64,000 nt of DNA from Nageia nagi (Eukaryota > Plantae > Pinophyta): positions 153,822,001-153,886,000 of the forward strand of contig JBITNC010000001.1 of the NCBI GenBank assembly GCA_050084985.1, read 5' to 3'. Both the position numbers and the translations under genes were made by a program. Under the pieces are notes generated by a model. The model was not told the DNA's origin and did not search any database. It saw only the letters and a list, made by a program, of their open reading frames with translations. Positions 1 to 13,115 of this stretch are shown here, piece after piece; the first letter of the stretch is position 1; every line of letters starts with the position of its first letter.

Positions 1-1015
1 TAAAGCATGCATCAAACTGGGAGAGTTACAACAAGGTTTATACACATGTCAACAACTCTTTAAAAATGGATTCTGTTATGTTGTTTTGGCTGCAAGTATG
101 TCGATAGACATGTATGCTAAGTTTAAGAACATACAAAAGGTTCACATATTGTTTGACAGTATGAAGGATACAGACGCAGTCTCATGGAACACAATGATGA
201 TAGAATTTACGCAGAATGGGTTTTTTGAAATGGCCCAAAAGACTTTTCAACAGATGCAATTGTTAGACACCTAAGCCAAACTCTGTGACATTTCCAACAT
301 TCTTCCCAACATGCGCCATCGTGAGAGCTCTAGAAGAAGGTATTAATGTCTATTAAAAGAATAGTTAAAAATGGTATTTTATCAAATATTATGGTCGCTA
401 ATGTTTTTGGTAAACAGGTATGCAAGTGTGGAAGCATAGAAAGGCACAGGAATTGTTTGTTAAGATCCATGCAGAAGACCCATTTTCACAGATTGCAATG
501 ATTGTGGGATATGCAGAGAATGAAATTTCTGAAAGGCTTAAAGACTTTTAAGCTGATGCAATTATCAGATGTAAAAGCCAAACTCTGTAACCTTTGCCAG
601 CATTCTTCCCTGCATGTGCCATGATGGGAGTACTAGCAGAAGGTATGGGCATCCACCAAAGAGTAATTGAAATGGTTTTGGATCGAATTTTATGGCTATG
701 AGCACCCTGATAGATGTATATGCAAAATATAAAAGCGTAAAGAAAGCAAAAATTGTTTGACAAGATGCCTGATACAGACACAGTTCTATGGACTGAAGCT
801 ATAAGAGGATAAGCAATTCGTTGCTGCAGCAAGGAGGCACTTAAACTCTTTGATTTGACGAAGCACTGTGGGGGCTTAAACAACAAAAATTTTATACATG
901 TTCTACTTGCACACAGCCATGCATTGTCTAGTGGATGAGAGTGGCAAATACTTTAATAGAACAAGTAATTCTTACTGTATTATTCCTGTAAGGAATAGTT
1001 ATGCATGCATTGTTG

Positions 1016-1020
<5 letters not shown>
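1..1020 (+). pseudogene. PLS-class pentatricopeptide repeat (PPR) pseudogene, running in from the left edge and truncated at the 3' end
   Basis: Successive frames give PLS-PPR motifs (KACIKLGELQQG, SIDMYAKF..., DAVSWNTMM..FTQNG, TFASILPACAMMG.L.EGM.IHQ, ALIDVYAKY, SYACIVDL), interrupted by stops (e.g. TAA at 272-274) and frameshifts; ends abruptly in a (TA)n tract. Confidence 0.88.

Positions 1021-1070
<50 letters not shown>
1019..1070. repeat. (TA)n microsatellite at the PPR/retroelement junction
   Basis: About 26 perfect TA units. Confidence 0.97.
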
Positions 1071-1078
<8 letters not shown>

Positions 1079-2539
1079 TAGTATTTATACTAGATTTTTT
1101 ATTTTTAAATAAATAAATTTGAGAAAACATTGCAAAATAAATTAACTATGAGCTTTCATTTTGCTAGACAAATCACACCAGAAAATCCAATCACAAATAT
1201 TTTTGTATTCATTTTTTTTTTAAATCTTAAATACAAAGTTGTGCCTTTTCATTTTATAGATTTGAGGAGAAAAGATGGCCTACCTCATCCTGATCGCTCC
1301 TTTTCTACGTGTTTGAATCAGATCATCAAGAAGATCTTTCACCAACAAGTTTGAACCTAGAATTCATACAAACAAATAATCAAACATAAGATAATATGCA
1401 AGATATGACCAAAAAATTATCAAATTAGAAAGATACAACTATCACCACATCTTGCAATTGTTGGGAGGTGCCCTCCTTCTAGCGTCAAAATGTGATCATG
1501 AAAAACAACCCTATGCATAGATAAAGACAAATCAGATTTAAAATAAAATACTGATTTTATTATTCTCCATGAAGACCTCAATAGTTGTGTGAACAAATAT
1601 ATTGCTTTTTGAATTTTATAATAGCTTTTGGGAGTCTTTTATAGAGATCTTATGCCCTATACAAGATGATCTTTATAACAATGATTTAAATCTAATATTC
1701 TGGGTTGAATTCTGATCCTTTTATCTAAAGAGAGTGCACTAGCCATGCTTCAACATTCTTTGTTCTATCTTTAATGTCTTTGGACTCTACAAAAACACTA
1801 AAAGAAAAAGTATCACACCATACCTGTTCATATATTAATCATGCAACATAGAATAATTATTCAATAACTAAAAGAGAAGAAATAATTCATAGAACATATA
1901 CATCTTTATACTATCAAAATCGTAGCAACCTTTTATCGAAAATCATAGTAACATTCTGTTAAAATCATAGCAGCATTTCCTTACTCCAAAATGGGTCCCT
2001 TTGTTCATATACAGAGCTTATATTTATAAGCTCAACAGTTTGTTATTCATTTGTTTTGCCATCATAAGATTCCAGGTAACATCCTGTACGAATTTTTGAG
2101 GTGTTATTATCTCAAATCCGCATCCATAATTCTAAATTGTGCATGTTAAGCTATTCTGGGCTTAAATTTGTCTGTTTCTGAATTATTCAGGGATCGTCAA
2201 TGATCCTAGAGGATTGTCAACAATCTACTAGATCTTCAACGATCGTATATGATCTATTGGGTCGTCGACGCTCGTATTGAATCATCGATGATTTTTCCAC
2301 AATTTTTATAATAATATTAAAATGATCACCAAATGGTCATTTTTTAATGAAAAGGGGTCGTATGACCACTCGTTTTGCATCTACTCGATGAGATATATCT
2401 AATAATGGAGTTTTCAAGCTTATTTGAGGCTTGTATAAAGATTTATGATTATTTTAATGTGATATATGTTAAAAAGATACTTATTCTATGTATTTATATG
2501 TTGTTAAATTAGATGTAGGGTTTATTTTGAGTGTCTACA
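1071..2539 (-). mobile_element. Truncated Tat/Ogre-like Gypsy element: 5' LTR (1491-2539), PBS (1471-1490) and a short leader
   Basis: The minus strand starts TGTAGACACTCAAAAT at 2539 and ends ...GATCACA at 1491, followed by TTTTGACGCTAGAAGGAGGG, a one-mismatch version of the TGGCGCTAGAAGGAGGG primer-binding site seen in Tat-type elements. TATA-like box at 2020-2029; short GATCGTCAA-type repeats at 2190-2290. Confidence 0.6.
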
Positions 2540-4989
2540 ATACCATCTTAATTATCTTAGTACACCTTGCCACATTAGATTATTATAACTTATGTTCTTA
2601 TTCATTCAATATTAATTATCTTGGTACACCTTACCATATTAGAATCTAACTACCTTGATACATTTGGCTTAGTTAAGGTTTTGTTACACTTTAGTTTTGC
2701 ATAACAATGTTAAGAATCATACATGACATTTCTAATTTGGTGTATACATTCATAACATATATTAACCATTCTATTTGATACCTAAATTTAACTTGGTATA
2801 ACACATTACAACTACAAATATTATAATAATTACCAACATCATAGACACTGATAAACACAGGTTACACATTCATTGGTATAACACCAACTAACTTTTCGAT
2901 CAACAATATTTGGCTTTCAAAAATAAATTAAACAATAACACAACTCTTAGACTCTCCATTATTTCAATCACTATATGATGAATTCTAATGTATTTATAAT
3001 TTTGACCTAGATTTTCTCATCAATCATTTTCAAAGTAATAATAAACACAATATAATAACAAGTTTATCATTACTATTAATAGAAAGCTATCACAATCCAT
3101 TAATGTCCATATAATTTGAATATCACAATTTGAAAAAGATACCAAAATAATACACAATGAATCTATTTATGTAAACCAAAATACTTTAAGAAGTATATAC
3201 AATACAACACCAGGTTGAACACTATAGTAAGACTAACTACTAAGGTATTCCTTGCTATTACAATAAAATATACATCTACTATTGAATTTGTACTTTCTTT
3301 TCATGTACAATCAACACACAACATTCTAATCTTCTTCCAAGTTCTCAACAGCTTGGAGGAATTCCTATAAAGTGTTCCAAAATAAAGGTGAGATAACAAA
3401 TCTTAGTAAGGAGAGCCCTATACTATATGTATCACCATGACATTGTTAATACATGGATCATAAAATTATTACAATAAGCATTCTACTTTAATTTTATTAA
3501 TTATTCACACATCACTATTTAGAGAATTATATTTAGGATGCAAGTAAGGTCTATTTTCATGTTATCTTATGCCTTTACCACTCACCCAAGTAAGGTTTTA
3601 ACTTTCCCAATGTACCCACCTAGAACCAAAGTTTTCCTTTACATTCATCTAGGTTATGGAGAAGACTAATGTAATAATATATATATATATATATTACTTA
3701 GTTAAATACAATAAAGTAATGCTTAAGCAAAATCTATAACAATCCAAGTACAAAAAATAGATGTACATTAAAGCCAAGTAACAATAGTTATCATAAAAGA
3801 GTTGATGTCACTAGTCTATATTGTAATACAACTATGTCATATCCTTGCTATTTTTAGAAAATATAGAGCTATTCAATAAGTTAATACTATGAATACTAAG
3901 CATTAAGCAATATCTTGATGATTCAAAAGCATAGGAATCCTACTTACTCACGGGTCAAAACAAAACTAATCAAAATCCCATAAGTCAGGTAAAAATTGAT
4001 TATTTTTAGGTAGCCATAGCCAGATAACAACTCCTCCTAACAACAAGAAACCTAACTCAAAAGTAACTTCTAGGGTTAACAATCGAGCCTCCTCAAAATA
4101 CCATAAATTATCAATAGTTAAACAAATATTAATAGAAATACAGTTACCCATTTTTTTAGAGGGAATGTGACTTGAATAGCATCCAAAGTCCTCAAAGGTC
4201 CTCTAAGAAACATACAGGGAGTGGAATCATGGTCAAGAGTGGAGTAGAAACTCATAGTTATGATACTACTCCTAGTACTTACGAGTACCTTCAAGTTCAA
4301 AGACCTAATCATGGTGTGGGGTGCAAAGCTGGGTGATACATACACCATACCCACAACTCATGAGAAACTAGAACATTACAAGTGGAATACTTATCAGCTA
4401 TGGTTTCCACTCATAACATTCCCTCATAGCTCTAGATCTTCAACCCATGATCAGATCAATGGTTTACTTACTTTCCTCCCTCCTTAGTATATAAGGCTAA
4501 GGTAATATCTAAATTAGGAATGATAAATGAGTGAGGTAGGTGAGGTTAGAGTATATTTAAAAATTTAAAACATTATGTTTCCTATAATTCAATACATAAT
4601 ATACTTTTAGATTAAAAAGGAATTGACAATTTTCTAGAGTATAGGTACTTAAGAAGCAATTTGTTTTAATCTGAGAAGGTTTACCTTAATCCTCAACAAT
4701 ACAAACTTGAATTTCCAAGTGTCTCAATCAACCCTACAAGAAATTGGAATTATCATTTATTTATAATCTACCTTCTTAAATAAGTCTAAGGAATGTGAAA
4801 AAGTGGTATGCGATAAATAGTGACACAATGTTAAGGATTAATGATGAAAAATGAGACACAATATGATGCTAGATAAAATGTCATATCATATTTTTTATGA
4901 TGCTAAAGGTGACTTTATTCCTAATGTGTATGTTAGTGTCAAACTTGGTGGTGGCTTTTTTGGAAAAAAAAAAAAAAAAAAAATTAGAT

Positions 4990-6072
4990 TTTGACATGTG
5001 CCTGAAATGTATAACATGATTACCTAGTAAGATCAAATACTCTAAACTTTAAAGTAGAATCTAATAGAATCATAAAATAGAATGAAGAAAAAAGTTAATC
5101 ATGAGAGATATGAATACACATTCAAAGTGTGAGATATGGTATTCCTTAGACTACAACTATACAAGAAAGCATCATTAAATATTTGATAAAAAGAAAAAGT
5201 TGGCACCAAGATTTTATGTACCTTACAAGATTCTTCAACAAGTTGGAGTAGTTGTGTATAAATTGGAACTATCAACTTTTTTTAAAATCCATCCATTTTT
5301 TCATATCTCTTACCTCAAAAAAATGCTTGGAGAAAGTATAGAAGCATAAACTATTTCACAAGTACTTATAGAGGAAGGCTTGATCAAGTTAAAATAGAAA
5401 TTAATCCTAGACTAACACTTACATTTTCTATGAAATCTAACCATTGTCTTATGAAGTGGAAGGGCCTAATAGATGAAGATACAACATAGGATTGAACTCT
5501 TACATTTTGAGTAGTGGTACCCCAATTTGAGGACAAATATGATTTTTAGGGGATAATGTAAAGGATCTTCTCTAAAATTATAAATTCATTTATTTTTATA
5601 TTTGCAATTAATTCATTTGATGAAAGAGTATAATAGGAAGAATTATAACTTGATTTCTTTGAGTAAAAGATAAAAGGTCAAGAATATTAACATCTATAAG
5701 AGAAAAATTGGTCTATGGGATGACTGTAGCAGGCTAGTACATAACATGTATGTATCATAGTGGAAATAGAACATGGGACACAAGGTGAAACAAGGAAAAC
5801 AATTGAGAAAATCAATCAAAAACTAAGTAGTTGACCCTTAAGCTTATAGGTTATAATACTTATTAATATCTATAGTGAACATTGCAATATTTTCATCTCG
5901 ATGAGAATAAATACAATCATTCTATGTTTGAAATTCATCCCTTGAAGAGGATTAAGATACTTGATTGTTATGATTACAAACTTAAACTCTTATTTTCATT
6001 TTGTTCTTTCAATTTTATTCAATATTGTAACAATATTTTTCTTCTTCATTGTTATTTAAAATTGTAGTAACA
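4990..6072 (+). mobile_element. Chromovirus (Ty3/Gypsy) 3' fragment: integrase C-terminus, chromodomain, PPT and 3' LTR (about 5557-6072)
   Basis: Degenerate translation DMVFLRLQLYKKASL...KLAPRFYVPYKILQQVGVVVYKLEL..IHPFFHISYLKK, then MKWKGL.DEDTT and LEDK-like end; purine run AGGGGATAA followed by TGTAAAGG at 5557; candidate end GTAACA at 6072. Confidence 0.75.
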
Positions 6073-7539
6073 TCATAGATTGATAATGGTGATGAATGTA
6101 TGATGATTTTGGTTCCTTTTGAAAATAACATAATATTACTTAGTATAATATGTATTGAAAAGAATAATAGAGTGAAAGTTAACTATATATATACACTAAG
6201 GTAGTTAGTGAAAATAATTGTGACTAATATTATAAACTTAGATTTAGATCATAATGATGTGGTATAATGCTTATAAAATAACATACTATACATGATATCA
6301 TAATGGTCATTCATGATGATAATACAATAATATAATAGTTCTCAATGAGCATTAGAATAAGAGTTAACGATGATATGAAAAATCAATCATATAAATAATT
6401 AAGTTAAATTATACTAATAATTTAAATTTGACTTCAAAAGAAAATAAAAATAAAATTATAAAAAATCATATACCCATAAAAATTGTAACGATCGCATTTG
6501 GGAGGTGAAGAGTTGGTTAATTTATTTTTAAGTGTAAATATTAGAGGCCCATAACTATTGATGATAATGGATTAAATGTTTGTCTAGCATGCCAAGGTCT
6601 CAATCAAATGTTGATAAGGATATATATGCAATTATTTTAGTTTGCTTTATCTTTAGTCATGCATTTATTTTCTTACAACAAATTTATCCATCAACTACAT
6701 ATAAAGTAAAGAAGATACAATGTTACTTAAGTACCAACATTATCAATATGAAATGTTCATCCATTGGTATTTAACATTGCAACTAAGAAAAATATTCATA
6801 TAAGTTCATAAATAAAATTTGACACCATATTTAATTTTAAATAGGGAGAGGAAACCCACTATGGTAGCCAAAGCTATGATCTACATTATCAAACACTTTT
6901 TCCATATAAATTGAATAATTACATCAATGTTCTTTTTACCAAACTTGTACCTCCTCAAGTTTGACCATTCTTAGATTACATGGTTACAATAATTCCATAA
7001 AGGAATATTGGCCTATTTACATTTTATAGCTATTATAATCAAATGACCTCCAATACATGAGGTATAACTATTACATAGAAGGAAAATTTTATACAATATC
7101 CTTTGATCAAGCGAACCTTCCTTAACTTGAAGTTTCCTTCAATATTTCCTTCATCTTCCAATTATAACTACCCTTGACAATCAATCATATAATGAGTTTA
7201 TCGTTTCCATTTTCAAAGCAATTATTTTACATAAAAAATAATTTATCCAAATTACTCTGAGTGTATCTATAATTTAACTTATTTAACTATGAAGAACAAA
7301 AGTTTATTTCCATTTATAAAATATGAGGCTTTCATCTTGTACAAAGCTCCACTTTTCTAGATGACAACATTAATCAATTCATAATCTTTAGTAATTATAT
7401 TGCCCAACTAATGGGTACATTTCCTCACAATTTTTCAATTAAATTATTTTAAGTCATAATTTTATCAAGCTATTCATTAAAGAATAAATAAACAAGGTAT
7501 AGTTTTTATAAAAAAAACTTTACTTTTAATACCTCATGT

Positions 7540-8510
7540 TGTAATTCTATCTAAATAAATCTATAAATCTACAACAAGAAAACATTCAACACAATATTAA
7601 TTGTAATTCCATAATAACTAGCTTTGATATATCCTCTTATATATCAAAACAACATCAAAGAGATATTATTTTGAGATGTAAGTTTTCTATATTTAATATG
7701 TGTTTTATATACTTTTCTTTAAAAATATGATATTTATATAGCTTTTAAATTATATTTTTGAAATTGACTATTTTTTTTTTATAATAAACTTAATTTTTTT
7801 TTTAAATAGTAAAGTCGACATGCGATATTTTGGCTCTCCACTTCATGCTGCAACTATAGGAATGCCTCTCAGCATTAATTAATCTGAAATCCATAACATT
7901 GGTTAATTAAATCTTCTAACTTTAATTACTTGAAGTTTTCGTTTCCATGTTTATTTTTAATCAATTTAAAATATTCTCATTTGTAATTATAGTAAATAAA
8001 TTCTACAACTTAAAAGTATTTTCATAACATTATTTTCATTTTATTTTATCAATTTAAAATATTCTAAAATATTCTCATTTGTAATTCTAGTAAATAAAAT
8101 ATACAACTTAAAGTATTTTGTAACATTATTACCTTAATACTTGTAATTGTAAATTCTTTAAAAATAACTTCATGACTACATTATATATTTTCTTAAATAT
8201 TAAATGCATCATCCTCTTTTTTTTAATAAAGTAATTAAATCCTGCATTATATTAAAATAATTCTTCCATAATTATTTTTATATTCAAATTAATTAATTAA
8301 CCATAATAAGATATTTCACTTAATATTTTTGTAACCAAATAGAATACAAATATACATTTATAAAATATTTCTACCATAAAGTTTTTTAAAGATGGAATTC
8401 TTTTGCTAAAGGCTATATTGAAAAAAATTAATCTATATCTATAAATATTTTTGTAAAATATTGCTAGATGTAATTCTAGTATATAAATCTACAACTTAAA
8501 AAGTAATTTA
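7540..8510. repeat. Degenerate AT-rich repeat array (core TGTAATTCTAGTAAATAAATCTACAACTTAAAAGTA), continuing at 21864-22010 beyond the LINE
   Basis: Similar units at about 7540, 7980, 8080 and 8470; AAATCTACAATCATAAA units at 21861, 21920 and 21972. Confidence 0.55.
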
Positions 8511-11500
8511 GTAAACCATTTTAACTTTTTATTACTCTAAGTTCTTATTCTTTTTTTTGCCTTCTTTCTTGAAAGGGTTTTTAATGATTTTATTTTGATT
8601 TGACATCGTATTAATTCCACCTTGGGTGGTCTCCTGCCCTTTTAATATGGCCTCCACTCTTACAAGCTCTACACTTGATGTTAAGCAGTTGGAAGGATTA
8701 ATGGCACTAGAGAAACTTCCCCATAAGTTCCTTCCAAGGTGAAACATGAGGTAAAATTCTATTCCTCAAGCTTTTATTCCTTTTGAAAAGTTTATTTTGA
8801 CTTATCAATGGTTTGAAATGCATACCTAGTGGGTTATTTTTTGGATAGAATCCCCAATGGCTCCCTATTGCATTCTTGGATTAGCCAAGTCTGGAGCCCT
8901 TATGGTATTAAAGTAAAAAATGTCCTAAAAACCTCACCAAGGTTATTTTATTTCATTTCTCTGACCATTTGATGCAAATAAAATGCTTAATAAATTACCT
9001 TTGATAATATGAAACTCTCTATTAATATTGCAAAGTTATATAGAGATTGTATAGTTGATAGTGAAGTTGCCATTGAATTCCCATGTGGGTTGAGTTCCCT
9101 AGTTTTTTTATTCTATGTTGGAAGTATCTAGTAGCATAGTGAATCTTTAGATTCCTTTTCTACTTTGAACCAAAGTGATTCTTCTCAACTCAACCCTCTC
9201 AAGAGTTTGTATTAAGGTTGACCTCACCAAGGATCTCAAGAGTTTTTTGTTATTCATATTGGAGAGTTGATCATTCATCAGAGGATGGTCTACATTAACC
9301 TCCAAACACCTATTATCATTATCAATACTCTACTCAAAATTAAGGATTACCCACTTATGGTGGGAAGGTTTAAATAATGGACCTCTTTTGCACCTCTAAC
9401 ATCTATAACTTTAGCCTCTTTTGCCAAGGGTGAAGATGAATAATGGACCATGGTTCCTAACCATTGTAACTACCCACCCAAACTTAAGATCCAAATGTTA
9501 TCCATGAAAATTTATTTTGGTGAAAGAGTAGCTAACCCTTATGGTCCATGCACCATTGGAAACTATATTTTTTGCTTAACCTTCCCTAGTTTTATAGGAA
9601 CCAAAGGTGGCTATTCAATTTCCTATGATGTTCGAACCTTTTTCCTCTTCCATTTGGTCAAGGCCTTTGTTTTCCTCTATTTTTTCCTCCTACTTGGTAC
9701 ATGGAGTAGAGGAAAGCTTAAGTTACAAGTCTTTCTGCTCTTGTATTCCTCATCAAGAGGGTTGTGATGGCAATGCAAATAAGTGACAATAAAATTTTGA
9801 CACCCACTGCTAGGTGGTATTTCCTTAAGGTGATACTAATACTTTCATGGCCATAGTTAACTTGGGAGAATTCTAAGGATAACATGGATCTTAAGTCCAT
9901 GATACTCCTTAATGATTTTTTATTTATGGAACTAATCACAAAGTACAATTTTGAATTGAGTTCTCCAATTATGCTCACTTGTATGGTAATCTTAATTTTA
10001 TTTGTTTGTAAAGAGAAAAAAGTTGTTGACTTCATTATTTAGTGCACTTATTCATTTCTTTGGTTGAGGGGCCCTTTTTTCATACTAGTCATTCTCTTAG
10101 GAGAAGGGGTATTGTCACTTTCATTTCCCAAATATGGTGTTCGAATGTTATTTCTTAGGGGTTGACCCTTCAAACCAAGTGGTTTAGGTTCTGCTTGACT
10201 TTCATGATAAACATTTTTGTATCATTAATATCTATGCTTCTAATAATGCATATGAGTGGTGTACCTTGTGGAGGTGGTTTGCTTTGTCTTTACCCTTTTC
10301 CACCTAGGTTTTATGTGGGGACTTAAATATGGTGGAAAAGAAGGTAAGTAAGAAAATTCAATCCCTTATGTGGTGGAGGTGTGAAAAAAGAGAAGGTTTT
10401 TTATGAAACATAAACTTAGTCTTTTTTATCCCAACTTTGGACTTACCCTTGAAGTTTCTCCTAAAGTTTAGTTGTTTACCTAGTCCAACTTCCAAAGTGG
10501 TGATGCTAAGTTCTCAAAAGATTTGATCATGGTATGTTATCAAAGAGTGATTCCTTTCATTTTACTCAAGTGTCTCCTTCAAACCTCTTTGTGATGATTC
10601 TCCCCGATACCACCTTATCTAATCATGCTCTTATTTTCTTTGACATTTCTAGGAGCACACCTCATATAAGGTTTTCACTTCCCATTTTTATCTAAATGTC
10701 TCTTTTTTGCAAAGTGACTCTATGAAAGCCCATATTTGTTGCATCTAAAATGTCATTCCTAGGCTTTCTAGGGTAACAAGTTGGATTCAATGATGGAATG
10801 ATGCTATTATAAGAACTATCTACACTCTTTACATTCTTCACATTGAAGGTAACTAAAGAGGAGGAGGAAAGCAAATACTACTCTGGAAAAAATTTCAAGA
10901 GCTACTCTTTGGTTAGAAGAAAATCCCTTTAGTCAACCTACTCAAGCTCATGTTGTTACTTTATGACATGAAATTAGAAAAGTTGATCTTTATTAAGCAA
11001 AAGGAGCCTAACTACAAGCTAAAATGATTTGGCTCAAGGTGGGTGACAAAGTCTCTAATGATTTTTTTAAATAACTTCATCCTTATATTCATGCCATTCA
11101 ATCAAAAGGTGTTTTTTTCATTTTCCTTCCTAATATTATTAGCACTTTTGTATCTCATTACAAGCAAGTTTTTCTACTCAACATGTTACTATTACTCAGA
11201 AACAAGCTATTCAACATTGCTACTATGTCATACCTCTGAGGATTTCTAAGCTTAGAGGGATAGTTCTGATTATACTCTTTGTCTAGAGGATCTTAACACT
11301 GCTCTTTCTCACCTAGCCAATGATAAATCCCTTAGAATTTATAGCTTCCCATGTGAATTTTAAAAATAATTTGGAATTTAGTTGATCCTGATCTTCTACA
11401 AGTGTACAAGGAAGCCATAGTAATCAAATTCCTGGACCAACTAATCAATAAAGGTAATATTAAGTTCATTCCCAAAGTAGGAGACCCTGATATTATCACA

Positions 11501-12605
11501 AATTGAAGGTCTATAATGTTTTTCAATGTGAGTTATAAATTTATTTCCAAAGCTTTAAATTTTAAGCTTAAGCCTTTACTCCCTCTGATCATTCAGCCTA
11601 AGAAAACATGTTTTATCAAAGAAAGATATATCTTGGATAATGTTATTACAATATGGGAAGGAATGGAATGGGAAAGAGTCTCTAATAAATAGGAATTGTT
11701 TATTAAAATTGAATTTGAAAAAGCTTATGAAAGAATTGAGTGGAATTTTATTTTTTCCATGCTTCAGGATCTTGGGTTTGTCCCACTTTTTATTTAGTAT
11801 GTTAGAATGCTATTAAGAGATGCTTTTGCTATTCTTACCATGAATTATGTTCAGTATGGTCACATCTCTCTTTCTCACTTTGTATTTCAAGGCTTCCCCT
11901 TAGCCCCCTCTCTATTTATCTTAGCTGGTAAAGCTTTTGGTTATTTATTGGCACACAAAGCTGAGCAGGGTGTTATTCATAGAATCTCTCTACCTAATTC
12001 CTCTTTACATCTCATTAATGGTCACTTTGCTGATGATTTTTTTTTACCTTACATGAATATGAACAATCCATGAATTCTATTTTAGATTATTTAATACATT
12101 TGATTGTGCTTCTAGTTCTAGTATTTAATAGAAGAAAACTTCATGTTTTGGGTAGTCTTCAATACCTATGCCTAGCTAGCTTAGGCTATTTCCCTGGAAG
12201 TGGATTCATCTTGGTGAGGTGTTTGAGTTTCTAGGTATCCCCTTTGCCTTCCAAGCTTCCCCTGCTTACCTTTTGAACTCTATCATTCAAACATTTGAGA
12301 AGAAGCTAGGGTATTAGACTACTTAAAGCCTTTCTCTTACTAGGAGATATCAAATTTGTATGAAAATTTTAGCCTTCACTCATTGTATTATTCTTCCTAT
12401 TGGGTTCCTTCTAAGGCATGCTGTCAAAACTTGGATAAGCTTATTAGAGATTTTATTTGTGAATTTGATATGCAAAAGTGAGGCTTCCACATAGTGTCAT
12501 GGATGTATGTTTCTTTCCTTGTTCAGATAGAGGAATGGGCATTTTTTATTATTAGAACCAAGGGTTTGATCTTTGTGCCAAATGGATAATTAAATTCCTA
12601 AAAGA

Positions 12606-13115
12606 TGAAGGATTTAAGACTTAAAGAACACAATCCTACTCTACTAATATCATTTGAAATCTCACTCTAACATTTATACATAAAGCATAAACATAATAGA
12701 CAATCTCACAAATTTGACACACATATAAGGTGGTTCCTATCATACAAGAGAGTACATCCATTAACTAAGATCTTTCTTATTCAAAAAGATAACTCTCTTA
12801 CAAGACCTATTTATTTCTCTCCTAACACTAATCTTAGAACATAACTTTGCTTCAACATTTTGGTGTATAATCACAAGGAAAAGTCCTATTTATAGTTCAA
12901 AATCCTCCTTTGAATCACCCTCTTGACCATTGTACAAATACATAACATGCTTTCCCCTATTACCCAAGGGGCATGTTCATGACAAGGAGTGTAGAACAAG
13001 TTACATTATCATATTCACTTAAATACTTAAGGTATCTAGAGATACCTTTAAGTATTGGTAAATTTACAAGAAGAACCTTACGAAACTTTATAATAATGCA
13101 TTATAAATTTCAACA
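12606..13115 (-). repeat. 3' LTR of the Copia element
   Basis: TG...CA ends; aligns with 19543-20054; adjacent to the PPT. Confidence 0.9.

Noticed and set aside
6800-7500. Possible minus-strand LINE/RNase H relic
   Set aside because: No motif could be read with confidence.
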